Of a stretch of 41,398 bases of DNA, positions 29,079-39,345 are shown one piece after another (within the stretch, counting starts at the first letter, position 1; each line of letters begins with the position of its first letter). The DNA is from Gammaproteobacteria bacterium (GTDB taxonomy: Bacteria; Pseudomonadota; Gammaproteobacteria; Steroidobacterales; Steroidobacteraceae), in contig JBBINN010000001.1 of NCBI GenBank assembly GCA_037443885.1, forward strand, positions 1 through 41,398, written 5' to 3'. Both the position numbers and the translations under genes were made by a program. Below the pieces are notes generated by a model. That model made no database searches, was not told the DNA's origin, and was given only the letters and a program-made list of their open reading frames with translations.

Positions 29079-30158
29079 TCACGTGGCGGGCCGGTCCGGC
29101 AGCTCCTTCTGGTACTCCACGGCCGTCGGGTAGGCAAAGTCGATCCCGCGTTCGCCGAACGTCTCCAGCAGACGCAGGTTGATCGCCTGCTGGATGTCCA
29201 TGAAGGTGCCGTACGCCGGGTCAAGGACGAAGTAGACCGCCTCGAAGTCGAGCGAGTACGCGCCAAACGACGCGAAATGGGCCCGGTCGAAGCGGGTGTT
29301 CGGCTGCTCGCGGATCAATGCCTCGAGGATCCGCGGCACCTCGGCGACCTTGTCCCGCGGGGTTTCGTAGGTGATGCCGACCCGGAACAGGGCGCGACGC
29401 TCGTACAGCAGGCCGAAGTTGTGCACCCGGCTGGAGAGCAGGTCTGCGTTCGACATGACCACCTGCTCGCCGCTGATGGAGCGCAGGCGGGTGCTCTTGA
29501 TGCCGATGTGCTCGACCGTGCCCCGCTCCTCGCCGACGACGAGGAAGTCGCCGACTTTGAAAGGCTTGTCGAGGGCGATCGAGAGCGACGCCAGGAGGTC
29601 GCCGAGTACCTTCTGCACGGCAAGCGCGATCGCGATGCCGCCGACGCCGAGGCCGGCGATCAGCGCCGTCACGTCGATGCCGAGGTTCGCGAGCAGCAGC
29701 AGCCCGGCGAGCACCCACACGGCAGCGATGCCGACGAACTTCAGGATGTTCATCGACGCGGCGCTCTCCTTCGCCGCCTCCGGGTCGCGCCGCAGGCGCC
29801 GGTCCACGAAGAAGCGCACCGTGGCGCTGCCCCACAGCGCGACCTGCAGCCACACGATGAGCTGGACGCTGCCCCTGATCCACCTGTTGAACTGGTCCGG
29901 GACTGCCAGCCACTGGACGGCCAGGTAGACGGCGACGATGACGAGGAAGATGCGGGTGGTCCGCCTGAGCAGGTCGAGGACCAGCTCGAGCGGCGCGCTG
30001 GACTGCTCCGGCGAGAGCTTCTGCAGGCGGCGTGTGACGAAGCGCGTGATGATCGGCAGCACCGTGAACCACAACGCGAACTGCAGCAGCGCCTTGGTCC
30101 AGGCAGCCAGGTCGTTGCCGAGGATGACTTGGCGGCCGAGCTCTTCGAGTTCGTTCAT
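29079..30158 (-). CDS. Mechanosensitive ion channel family protein (MscS-like)
   Basis: The likely start is MNELEELGRQ at 30158. TM helices are followed by LLLLANLGIDVTALIAGLGVGGIAIALAVQKVLGDLLASLSIALDKPFKVGDFLVVGEERGTVEHIGIKSTRLRS..GEQVVMSNADL, which is the MscS beta-domain signature. Confidence 0.85.
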   Translation of the reverse strand: MNELEELGRQVILGNDLAAWTKALLQFALWFTVLPIITRFVTRRLQKLSPEQSSAPLELVLDLLRRTTRIFLVIVAVYLAVQWLAVPDQFNRWIRGSVQLIVWLQVALWGSATVRFFVDRRLRRDPEAAKESAASMNILKFVGIAAVWVLAGLLLLANLGIDVTALIAGLGVGGIAIALAVQKVLGDLLASLSIALDKPFKVGDFLVVGEERGTVEHIGIKSTRLRSISGEQVVMSNADLLSSRVHNFGLLYERRALFRVGITYETPRDKVAEVPRILEALIREQPNTRFDRAHFASFGAYSLDFEAVYFVLDPAYGTFMDIQQAINLRLLETFGERGIDFAYPTAVEYQKELPDRPAT

Positions 30159-30179
30159 CCGGGATCCGACGGTGTTTAC

Positions 30180-30200
30180 GGGGGGGGGGGGGGGGCCCCC
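30180..30200. repeat. Homopolymer tract G16 followed by C5
   Basis: Direct reading gives g at 30180..30195 and c at 30196..30200. The tract lies 22-38 nt upstream of the predicted mscS-family start codon, appearing as C16 on the coding strand. Confidence 0.9.
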
Positions 30201-30632
30201 GCGGCTGACGCGGTCGGCGCAGCGGACCGGGGCATTGTAGCGGCGCGAGCCGGCACGCGCTGCCCCGGACACAGGACACACGCCGATGGCGCTTCGAGGC
30301 ACATCAGCGGGCGGGCTGGCCACCAGGACCGGCCCCTGCCGCCCGTCGAATAGGCCGCCACCGCGGCATCGATCGGCGCTGGAGGTCGCGGCTTCGGGGG
30401 CGTACTGGACGCGGCGAGCTCCGGATTAGGTCAAACGGGCTCCCTGGCCGGCACGCCGATTTGCGACCTGCTGCGCAACTGCGATACCGTCGCCGGGCGA
30501 GATCGCCGCGGGAAGGCAGGCGATGCGGGAGTCGGCGGCAGACCGCGCAGGTAAGCGCGGCAGTTGCTCCAAGGCTTCCTCATCGTTGCGCCACGCCAGC
30601 GGCGAGGCACAACAACCAAGGGGAAGCCTCCA

Positions 30633-33600
30633 ATGATCATCCGGAGAATCGCCATCTCGGCGGCGGCTGCGTGCGGTGCGGTCGTCATGGCTTCGGCCGC
30701 GACCGACGTATCGGCCGCGGATCGAACAAATCGCGCGGATCGCGCACTGCCAGCGTCGATCGAGGCGCTGCGACTCGCTCAGCCGGTAACCTCCACCGGC
30801 AACAGCGTCTCCCGGGTCGAACCCGCCCTGCTGAGCGCCACCGGGACCCAGCAGGTGCTGGTGCGTCTGCGCACAATGCCCGCCGCACGCGTGGACGAGT
30901 CGCTTCCCGCCGACCAGGTCATGCAGCGCGAACGCGTGCGCCTCGAACAATCACAGTTCCGTAACCGAACGGCACGCAACGCGCCGCGCGCGCGCACGCT
31001 CGCGAATGTGGAAAACGTGCTGAACGGCGTGTTCATGGAGGTGGATGCCGCGCAGATCCCGGTGCTCGCGGCCGATCCCGCCGTGGAACGCATCTCGCGC
31101 GTCGTGGACTACCGGCTCGACCTTGCCGAAACAGTGCCTTACGTACGCCAGCGGACGGATGGCGCACTGCCTTTCACCGGCCGCGGCGTGACCGTGGCCG
31201 TCATCGACTCGGGCATCGACTTCACGCACGCGGCCTTCGGCAGCCCCGGCACGCCTGAGTTCTACCAGGAGTGCTACGCGCAGCGGGACGTCGCGCCGAC
31301 GGGCCAGTGCGCGAAGTTCTTCGGACCTCGTGCGCCGAAGGTCATCGGCGGCTACGACTTCGTAGGCGAGGCGTGGCCCAATGGCCCGCTCGCGCCAGAC
31401 CCGAACCCGATCGACAATGGCAACGCGGCAACGGGCGGCACCGGACACGGCACGCATGTCGCGGACATCATCGCCGGCCGCCAGGGCGTGGCGAGGGACG
31501 CGCGGCTCGTCGCGATCAAGGCCTGCAGCGCCGTCGGTTCCTCCTGCAGCGGGATCGCGCTGATCCAGGCCCTCGAGTTCGCGGTGGACCCGAACGGCGA
31601 CGGCAACTTCAGGGATCGCGTGGACATCATCAACATGTCCCTCGGCGCCCCCTACGGCCGCCCCTTCGACGATGACCTGGCCTTCGCGGTGGACAGCGCC
31701 ACGGCGCTGGGTGTGCTGACGGTCGCGTCGGCAGGCAACAGCGCCGACAAACCCTATGCGACCGGCACGCCGTCCGCGGCGACCACCGCCCTGGCCGTCG
31801 CGCAGACGGCTGTCCCCAGCGCGGTCCAGCCGCTGATGCGTATTCTCTCCCCGGCCAGCATCGCGGGGACCTTCCCTGCGGTCTTCCAGCCGTGGTCCGC
31901 GCCGTTGAGTGCGGCCATCGAAGCCCCGGTGCAGTTTGGGGACGGCGCGGGCGGCAACACCCTCGGCTGCGACCCGTTCGCGCCGGGCTCGCTCGCGGGC
32001 AAGATCGTTCTCGTGGATCGCGGCACCTGCTCTTTCAGCGTCAAGGCCGCCAACGTCAGCGCGGGTGGCGGACTCGCCAGCATCATCGGCCTCGTGGCGC
32101 CGGGCGACCCCTTCGAGGGCGGCTTCGGCGGCGGTGACGTGACGACCCCGAGCTACATGGTCAGCCAGGCCGTCGCCAACCGGCTGCGCAGCGGCCTGCC
32201 GAACACGGTCGTCCGCTTCGACCCCACCGAGGCCATTCCGCTCGTGATGAGCATGGTGGGCAGCTCCTCGCGTGGGCCGCAGCACGCGCCACGACACCTC
32301 ATCAAGCCCGAGATCGGCGCGCCAGGGGCGTCCGTATCGGCCATCGCGGGCAGCGGCAGCGGGACGCGGGCATTCGGCGGCACTTCCGGGGCGGCCCCGA
32401 TGGTGGCGGGCGCCGCGGCCGTGGTGCTCGAAGCCACCGGTGGCACGAAGACGACACCCCATGGCACCCCGCCCGGCAAGGCCTTCGGCCACGGCCTGCG
32501 GCCGATCGAGGTCAAGGCGCTGCTGATGAACAACGCCGAACCCAACATTCGCAACGATGCCCTCACGGGCACGCTCGCGCCCATCACGCGAATCGGCGCA
32601 GGCGAGCTTAGGGTGCGCGATGCCGCCTACGCGCCGGTCGCGGCCTGGGACGCGCGTGGGTCGCAGGCGGCGCTTAGCTTCGGCTTCGTGGACGTCTCGA
32701 GGGACAAGGTGACGCTCGAGCGCACCGTGCGCGTACGCAACTACGACAATCCCGGGCGCAGCTATAGAGTCACGCCGACCTTCCGTTTCAAGGATGACGA
32801 GGATAATGGCGCCGTGACGGTCAGCGCGCCGAAGTTCGTGACCGTCGGTCCTGGCCGCGGTCGCGACACGCTGTTCACGGTGCGCCTGACCATCGACGGC
32901 GCCAAGCTACGCGGCAACTTCATGAGTTCGGGCAGCCAGGGCGCGAATCCAGCCGCGCTGACCACGAACGAGTACGACGGCTACCTCGTGCTCGACGACG
33001 GCAGGCACCAGCTGCAGCTCCCCTGGCACGTGCTGCCGCGCAAGGCGGCGCGCGTGGTGCCGAGCACCACCGCACTGGTGCCTGGCAGCCTCCCGCAGGT
33101 GATCGGTCTCAACAACACGGGCGTCGGCACCGCGCAGAACGATGTATACGCCTTGATCGCGACCGCGCCTCGGTTGCCGATTGGCGGTCGCGGCGAGGAG
33201 GAGCCGACGCCGTCCATCCGGGCGGTGGGCATCAACACGTTCCCGGTACCGGCGGGTTTCTGCTCGGCGGCCCCGTCGTTCCTGTGGACGTTCGCAGTGA
33301 ACACTTGGGTCCGGCAGGAGCACCTGCTTCCTGTCAGCCACCTGCTTTTCCTCGACACGGACCGCGATGGCGTGGACGACTTCGTCGTGCTCAACCGGGA
33401 TGCCTCCGGGCTCGGCACGATTTCGGACGGCCGCCAGCTCAGCTGGGTGCTCAACCTCCGCACGGGGGCAGCGAACGCGTTCTTTTTCGCGGAGCACTCG
33501 ACCAACACCGGCAACACAGTGCTTACCATCTGCGGCGAGCAGATCGGCATGAACGCCGCGAACCTGCTCAATACCCGCGTCAACATGGACGTGATCGCCC

Positions 33601-33860
33601 AGGACTTCTATTTCGGCGGGCCGGGAAGCGAGGTCACCGGCCTCACGGTGACCCCGCTTGGCGAGCGCTTCTATGGCGAGGCGAACGATGTACCCGGCAG
33701 GACCAACGATCCGCAGGGCCTCAGGGCATTTGACTTCGACCCCTTCCCCGGCAACTCGCCGGAGCTCGGCCTGATGCTCATCACCAACGGCGACCGCGGC
33801 GCGGGCAACCGCGGCGGCGCGACGAAGGACACGGAGGCGCTCCTGTTGCTCGCTCCCTGA
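30633..33860 (+). CDS. Secreted S8 subtilisin-family serine protease with PA-domain insertion and a long C-terminal extension
   Basis: The start is MIIRRIAISAAAACGAVVMASAA, with AAGGGGA upstream. The catalytic Asp is in VTVAVIDSGIDFTH. The catalytic His is in GHGTHVADIIAG. A PA-like insert reads GKIVLVDRGTCSFSVKAANVSAGGG. The catalytic Ser is in GGTSGAAPMVAGAAAVV. About 450 aa of Fn3-like tail follow the catalytic domain. Confidence 0.85.
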   Translation: MIIRRIAISAAAACGAVVMASAATDVSAADRTNRADRALPASIEALRLAQPVTSTGNSVSRVEPALLSATGTQQVLVRLRTMPAARVDESLPADQVMQRERVRLEQSQFRNRTARNAPRARTLANVENVLNGVFMEVDAAQIPVLAADPAVERISRVVDYRLDLAETVPYVRQRTDGALPFTGRGVTVAVIDSGIDFTHAAFGSPGTPEFYQECYAQRDVAPTGQCAKFFGPRAPKVIGGYDFVGEAWPNGPLAPDPNPIDNGNAATGGTGHGTHVADIIAGRQGVARDARLVAIKACSAVGSSCSGIALIQALEFAVDPNGDGNFRDRVDIINMSLGAPYGRPFDDDLAFAVDSATALGVLTVASAGNSADKPYATGTPSAATTALAVAQTAVPSAVQPLMRILSPASIAGTFPAVFQPWSAPLSAAIEAPVQFGDGAGGNTLGCDPFAPGSLAGKIVLVDRGTCSFSVKAANVSAGGGLASIIGLVAPGDPFEGGFGGGDVTTPSYMVSQAVANRLRSGLPNTVVRFDPTEAIPLVMSMVGSSSRGPQHAPRHLIKPEIGAPGASVSAIAGSGSGTRAFGGTSGAAPMVAGAAAVVLEATGGTKTTPHGTPPGKAFGHGLRPIEVKALLMNNAEPNIRNDALTGTLAPITRIGAGELRVRDAAYAPVAAWDARGSQAALSFGFVDVSRDKVTLERTVRVRNYDNPGRSYRVTPTFRFKDDEDNGAVTVSAPKFVTVGPGRGRDTLFTVRLTIDGAKLRGNFMSSGSQGANPAALTTNEYDGYLVLDDGRHQLQLPWHVLPRKAARVVPSTTALVPGSLPQVIGLNNTGVGTAQNDVYALIATAPRLPIGGRGEEEPTPSIRAVGINTFPVPAGFCSAAPSFLWTFAVNTWVRQEHLLPVSHLLFLDTDRDGVDDFVVLNRDASGLGTISDGRQLSWVLNLRTGAANAFFFAEHSTNTGNTVLTICGEQIGMNAANLLNTRVNMDVIAQDFYFGGPGSEVTGLTVTPLGERFYGEANDVPGRTNDPQGLRAFDFDPFPGNSPELGLMLITNGDRGAGNRGGATKDTEALLLLAP

Positions 33861-33883
33861 GGAACCTGCCGTCCGCTTGAATC

Positions 33884-33914
33884 GGGCCTCCCCCTAACGG
33901 GGGAGGCCCTTTTC
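33884..33914 (+). terminator. Rho-independent terminator hairpin shared by convergent genes
   Basis: The hairpin is gggcctccccc-taac-gggggaggccc followed by ttttc. The stop codon of the convergent lipoprotein gene lies in the loop. Confidence 0.8.
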
Positions 33915-34364
33915 TCTGGAAGTCTCGCAGACGAAGAACTGGCCGCTCGCGCGGGCGCGGTAGTCGAGCTGCTGCTCGCCAGCCTGCAGCACCACCCAGT
34001 AGCCAGGCTCGAGCGCCTGCGTGTAGACGACATCCGGCTTCGGGCAGCCGAGCGACCCGTCGCTCCAGGTGACGGCCTCGGCGCGGACCACTTCGAGGCT
34101 GGCCGCCTCGACGCCGAGCCGCCCGGCGGCGTCCGCCCTGATGCGCTCGAGGAGCTCCTCCGGCACTTCGCCGGTGACGGCCAGCTGCGCCCCCGGCGTC
34201 TCGACCCGCTCGAGCCGCCCAAGCCGCTCGCGCGCCGCTTCCTCGCGAAGCGCCGGATCGCGCTCAGCCGCGGCCGGTGGCGGGGGGGTCTCCTCCGCCC
34301 CCGAGCCCGGGCCCGTGCAGCTGGCCAGCCCCAACAGCGAAATCAGTGCGATCGTGGGGCGCAT
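33894..34364 (-). CDS. Hypothetical lipoprotein
   Basis: The start is MRPTIALISLLGLASC, which contains a lipobox (LASC). A Pro/Glu/Ala-rich linker follows, then a small C-terminal domain with two Cys residues. No family was recognised. Confidence 0.55.
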   Translation of the reverse strand: MRPTIALISLLGLASCTGPGSGAEETPPPPAAAERDPALREEAARERLGRLERVETPGAQLAVTGEVPEELLERIRADAAGRLGVEAASLEVVRAEAVTWSDGSLGCPKPDVVYTQALEPGYWVVLQAGEQQLDYRARASGQFFVCETSREKGLPR

Positions 34365-34398
34365 GTGCTGGCCTCCTTTGCCAGACGGGGGACCCCAT

Positions 34399-35795
<1,397 letters not shown>

Positions 35796-35799
<4 letters not shown>

Positions 35800-36884
35800 T
35801 GGGTCGTCTCGATGGGAAGCAGCAGGGAAAACACCGTCCGGCCCGGGTGGCTGTCGAATTCGACGATGCCGCCGTGGCGGGTCGCGAGGTCCTGGGCGAC
35901 GGCGAGGCCGAGGCCGGTGCCGCCGGGACGCGCCGTCACCAGAGGGTAGAAGATCGTCTCGCCGAGCTCGGCCGGCACGCCGGGGCCGTTGTCCTCGAAC
36001 TGGATGGCGGCGACGACGCGGTGGCGCGCCTCGCCGATGTTGACGTTCGTCAGCGCGCGCGTGCGCAGCATGAGCTGGCCGTGCGTGCCGAGCGCCTGCA
36101 CGGCGTTGCGCGCGAGGTTCAACATGACCTGGATCACCTGGTCACGGTCCAGGCTCAAGGGGGGCAGGCTCGGGTCGTAGTCGCGCAGGATCGCGAGCGT
36201 CTGCGGCGCCTCGGCGCGCACGAGCTGGTAGACGCGGTCGAGCAGCTCGTGGATGTTGGCCGACTCGAGCTGCGGCGCGCGGGCCGGTCCGAGCAGGCTG
36301 TCCACCAGGGCGCGCAGCCGGTCGGCTTCACCGATGATCACCCGGGTGTACTCGCGCAGTTCCTCGCTCGGCAGCTCGCGCTCCAGCAGCTGCGCCGCGC
36401 CGCGCAGTCCGCCGAGCGGATTCTTGATCTCGTGCGCGAGCTGACGCGCCATGAGCCGGCTGCCCCCGAGCTGCGCGAGCAGCGCGTTGTCGCGGTGGAT
36501 CCGCGTCTGCCGCGTGGTGTCGGCGATCTCCACCAGCACCCAGCCGGGGTGGCCGATGGCCGCCAGCGGCGTGAACGTGCAGTCGACCCGCAGCCGCACA
36601 TCGGAGCGCGCGACGGGCACCAGTTCGCAGTCGCGCTGCGCCAGCGCATCCCCGCTCACGCGCGCACGCACGACCAGCGCGTCGAAGCGCTCGCCTGCGG
36701 CGACCAGCTCGCGCAGCCGGCGCGTGCGGGCGGTGCTTGCGCTGGTGGACAGCAGATCCTCGGCGGCGGCGTTCACGAACAGCACGCGCACGTTCTCGTC
36801 CACCACCACAACGGCCGTGGACAGCGCGTCGAGCAGCAGGCCGGTGTCGATCGGAGGGCCGCCGCGCAACGGATCAGCCGCCAT
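35796..36884 (-). CDS. ntrB: Nitrogen regulation sensor histidine kinase NR(II)
   Basis: There is a PAS-like N-terminus. The H-box is LAHEIKNPLGGLRGAAQLL. The N box is NLARNAVQA. The G boxes are DNGPGVP and GGTGLGLAVA. A 4-bp overlap joins it to ntrC. Confidence 0.95.
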
Positions 36885-36914
36885 GCGCGGCCTCCGGTCG
36901 GGCGCGGTCGCGGG

Positions 36915-37502
36915 CTAGCCCCTCGGCGGCGAGGGCCTCGGTTGCGGGCGGGGCGGCGGCGGCCGAAGGGCCGGGCCCACCGGCGGGCTGGCGACAGAGG
37001 CCTGCTGGACATGGAAGGCGATCTGCTGGCTCGTCACGACCGGGTTGCCGGACTCGTCGAGCACCGCGGCCCGAAGGAAGTGCGAGCCCCGGCGGACGTT
37101 CGTCAGCGTCGTGGACAGGCCGTTCGTCGACACGCGCCGGCCATCGAGGAATAGCGCAATCTCCTGGCCCGGCTGCAGCTCGCCGTCGAGCGCGATCGCC
37201 ACCGGAACATTGGCGTCCGTCCCGAAAAAGGCTTCGTCCATCGCCGGGCTCGAAATGGAAATGGAGCGAACCGAGGGCGAAGCGGCAGGCTGCTGCCGGC
37301 GATCCGACTGGTACAGCGCCGGCGTCTCCTCCGGCTCCGGCTGGCGGGCGACCGTCCCGGTGATCGTCACCCGCTCGGCGCCGGGTCCCGGCTGGTCCGA
37401 GTAGTGCACGACGCCGTTCTTGTCTACCCACCTGTAGATCTCCTGCGACACGGCCAGCGGGGACAGGAGGGCGGCGAGGAGGATGAAGGCGAGGATGGGC
37501 AT
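36915..37502 (-). CDS. DUF4124 domain-containing secreted protein
   Basis: The signal peptide is MPILAFILLAALLSPLAVSQ, followed by EIYRWVDKNGVVHYSDQPGPGAE, the DUF4124 signature. It sits in the conserved position between glnA and ntrB. Confidence 0.75.
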   Translation of the reverse strand: MPILAFILLAALLSPLAVSQEIYRWVDKNGVVHYSDQPGPGAERVTITGTVARQPEPEETPALYQSDRRQQPAASPSVRSISISSPAMDEAFFGTDANVPVAIALDGELQPGQEIALFLDGRRVSTNGLSTTLTNVRRGSHFLRAAVLDESGNPVVTSQQIAFHVQQASVASPPVGPALRPPPPRPQPRPSPPRG

Positions 37503-37532
37503 GTAAACAGCATAGCCCCGCCCGGACCCCCT

Positions 37533-37569
37533 GACAAAACGGGGACGGCGATCTGTGACCGCCGTCCCC
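37533..37569 (-). terminator. Hairpin plus U-tract downstream of glnA (terminator/attenuator before the DUF4124-ntrBC genes)
   Basis: On the minus strand the hairpin is ggggacggcg-gtcacagat-cgccgtcccc followed by gttttgtc. The 10-bp stems lie at 37541..37550 and 37560..37569. Confidence 0.7.
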
Positions 37570-37590
37570 GCCGCCATCCCCGGAGACGGC

Positions 37591-39000
37591 TCAGAGGCTG
37601 TAGTACATGTCGAATTCCACCGGGTGCGTGGACATCCGGTAGCGGGTCATCTCCTGCTGCTTCAGGCCGATGTAGGCGTCGATCATGTCGTCCGTGAACA
37701 CGCCGCCCCTGGTCAGGAAGCCGCGATCCGCATCGAGGTTCCGCAGCGCCTCGTCGAGCGAGTAGCACACCTCCGGAATGTTCTTCGCTTCTTCCGGCGG
37801 CAGGTCGTACAGGTCCTTGTCCGCCGCCTCGCCCGGGTGGATCTTGTTCTGGATGCCGTCGAGACCCGCCATCAGCAGCGCCGCGAAGGCGAAGTACGGG
37901 TTCGCAGTCGAGTCGGGGAAGCGCACCTCGATGCGCCGGCCCTTCGGGTTCGACACCCAGGGGATGCGGATGGACGCGGAGCGGTTGCGGGCGGAGTAGG
38001 CCAGCATCACCGGCGCCTCGAAGCCCGGCACGAGGCGCTTGTAGCTGTTCGTGCTGGCGTTCGTGAAGGCGTTGACCGCCTTGGCGTGCCTGATGATGCC
38101 GCCGACGAAGTACAGGCAGGTCTCGGACAGGCCGGCGTACTTGTCGCCGGCGAACAGGTTCTTGCCGTCCTTCTGCAGCGAGACGTGCACGTGCATGCCG
38201 CTGCCGTTGTCACCGACGATGGGCTTCGGCATGAAGGTCAGCGTCTTGCCGTAGCCGTGCGCGACGTTCCACAGCGCGTACTTGAGGATCTGCACCTCGT
38301 CGGCCTTCTTGACCAGCGTGTTCGCGGCGACGTTGATCTCGCCCTGCCCGCCGGTCGCAACCTCGTGATGGTGTACCTCGACCTTGAGTCCGAGCTCCTC
38401 GCAAGCCATGCACATCGCAGTGCGCAGGTCCTGGAAGCGGTCCACCGGCGGCACTGGGAAATAGCCACCCTTCACCGTCGGCCGGTGGGCGAGGTTGCCG
38501 CCCTCGACCTGCGAACCGGAGTTCCACGCGCCCTGCACCGAGTCTACGTGGTAGCTGCAGCCGTTCATCTCGTTCGTCCACGTGACGCTGTCGAAGATGA
38601 AGAATTCGTTCTCGGGCCCGAACAGCGCGCCGTCGGCGATGCCGGTGGACTTGAGGTAGGCCTCGGCGCGGCGCGCCAGGGACCGCGGGTCGCGCGAGTA
38701 GCCCTGCATGGTCGAGGGCTCGATCACGTCGCAACGCAACAGGACCGTCGTCTCCTCGTAGAACGGGTCGATCACGGCCGTCGACGGGTCAGGCATGAGG
38801 ATCATGTCCGACTCGTTGATGCCCTTCCAGCCGGCGATCGACGAGCCGTCGAACATCTTGCCGTCGGTGAAGAAGTCCTCGTCCACGAGCCGCGTCGGGA
38901 TCGTGACGTGCTGTTCCTTGCCGCGGGTGTCGGTGAAGCGGAGGTCGCAGTACTTGACCTCCTTGTCCTTGATCAGCTTGAGAACGTCATCAGGCGTCAT
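37591..39000 (-). CDS. glnA: Glutamine synthetase type I
   Basis: [81 protein letters not shown] and the adenylylation-loop context NLYDLPPEE-like ([10 protein letters not shown]) are present. Confidence 0.97.
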   Translation of the reverse strand: MTPDDVLKLIKDKEVKYCDLRFTDTRGKEQHVTIPTRLVDEDFFTDGKMFDGSSIAGWKGINESDMILMPDPSTAVIDPFYEETTVLLRCDVIEPSTMQGYSRDPRSLARRAEAYLKSTGIADGALFGPENEFFIFDSVTWTNEMNGCSYHVDSVQGAWNSGSQVEGGNLAHRPTVKGGYFPVPPVDRFQDLRTAMCMACEELGLKVEVHHHEVATGGQGEINVAANTLVKKADEVQILKYALWNVAHGYGKTLTFMPKPIVGDNGSGMHVHVSLQKDGKNLFAGDKYAGLSETCLYFVGGIIRHAKAVNAFTNASTNSYKRLVPGFEAPVMLAYSARNRSASIRIPWVSNPKGRRIEVRFPDSTANPYFAFAALLMAGLDGIQNKIHPGEAADKDLYDLPPEEAKNIPEVCYSLDEALRNLDADRGFLTRGGVFTDDMIDAYIGLKQQEMTRYRMSTHPVEFDMYYSL

Positions 39001-39090
39001 GAAAGTCTCCGGGGGATGTCTGGCGAAAACTCGCGCCCAGGAACCTGCTCGTTCCTGGACGCACCGGTCTCAGGGCCGGGCCCAAAATGG

Positions 39091-39106
39091 TGCAGGAACC
39101 GTGCCA
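39091..39106 (-). promoter_or_regulatory. Sigma-54 (-24/-12) promoter for glnA
   Basis: The minus strand reads TGGCACGGTTCCTGCA, compared with the consensus TGGCACG-N4-TTGCW. GG and GC are at the correct spacing. The site is about 90 nt upstream of the glnA ATG. Confidence 0.8.
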
Positions 39107-39168
39107 GATAAAAGTTTCAAAAAAATCAATCACCTGTTAAAGTCTATGGGTGTCATGCAGGCACGTGA

Positions 39169-39183
39169 GCACTATTATAGTGC
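39169..39183. promoter_or_regulatory. NtrC-like enhancer site 1 (palindrome GCACTATTATAGTGC)
   Basis: This is an inverted repeat, GCACTAT-T-ATAGTGC, resembling TGCACC-N5-GGTGCA-type NtrC sites. It is about 70 bp upstream of the sigma-54 promoter. Confidence 0.6.
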
Positions 39184-39198
39184 GCATCTTTCAGTCTT

Positions 39199-39215
39199 TG
39201 CTCCATTAGAGTGCA
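39199..39215. promoter_or_regulatory. NtrC-like enhancer site 2 (TGCTCCATTAGAGTGCA)
   Basis: This is an imperfect TGC-N11-GCA dyad, about 30 bp from site 1 centre to centre. The pairing is as in glnAp2-type enhancers. Confidence 0.5.
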
Positions 39216-39345
39216 AAGCCGGCCGAGACGTCCAAGAATGCTCCCCCGGCCGGTGTGGCGTCCTCGTGGAAGCCACGGCTTGCGTGAGCCGGGCACGTGG
39301 CGACCGCTCCGATATACTCCGGCGCTTTGCACCGACGCAGGCCAG

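Noticed and set aside
30159-30323. An upstream extension of the MscS-family ORF that reads the homopolymer as a poly-Pro stretch
   Set aside because: The extension (MASPPADVPRSAIGVCPVSGAARAGSRRYNAP...) has no protein-like character. The MscS-like sequence begins at MNELEEL. The idea is kept only as a caveat in the homopolymer finding.
30426-30964. ORFs of 174 aa (-) and 167 aa (+) in the mscS/protease spacer
   Set aside because: They overlap each other and the protease start. They are Arg/Ala-rich with no motifs, and there is no evidence that they code for protein.
37555-39111. A 518-aa ORF on the + strand
   Set aside because: It is antisense to glnA, which is unambiguous. This is a shadow ORF.
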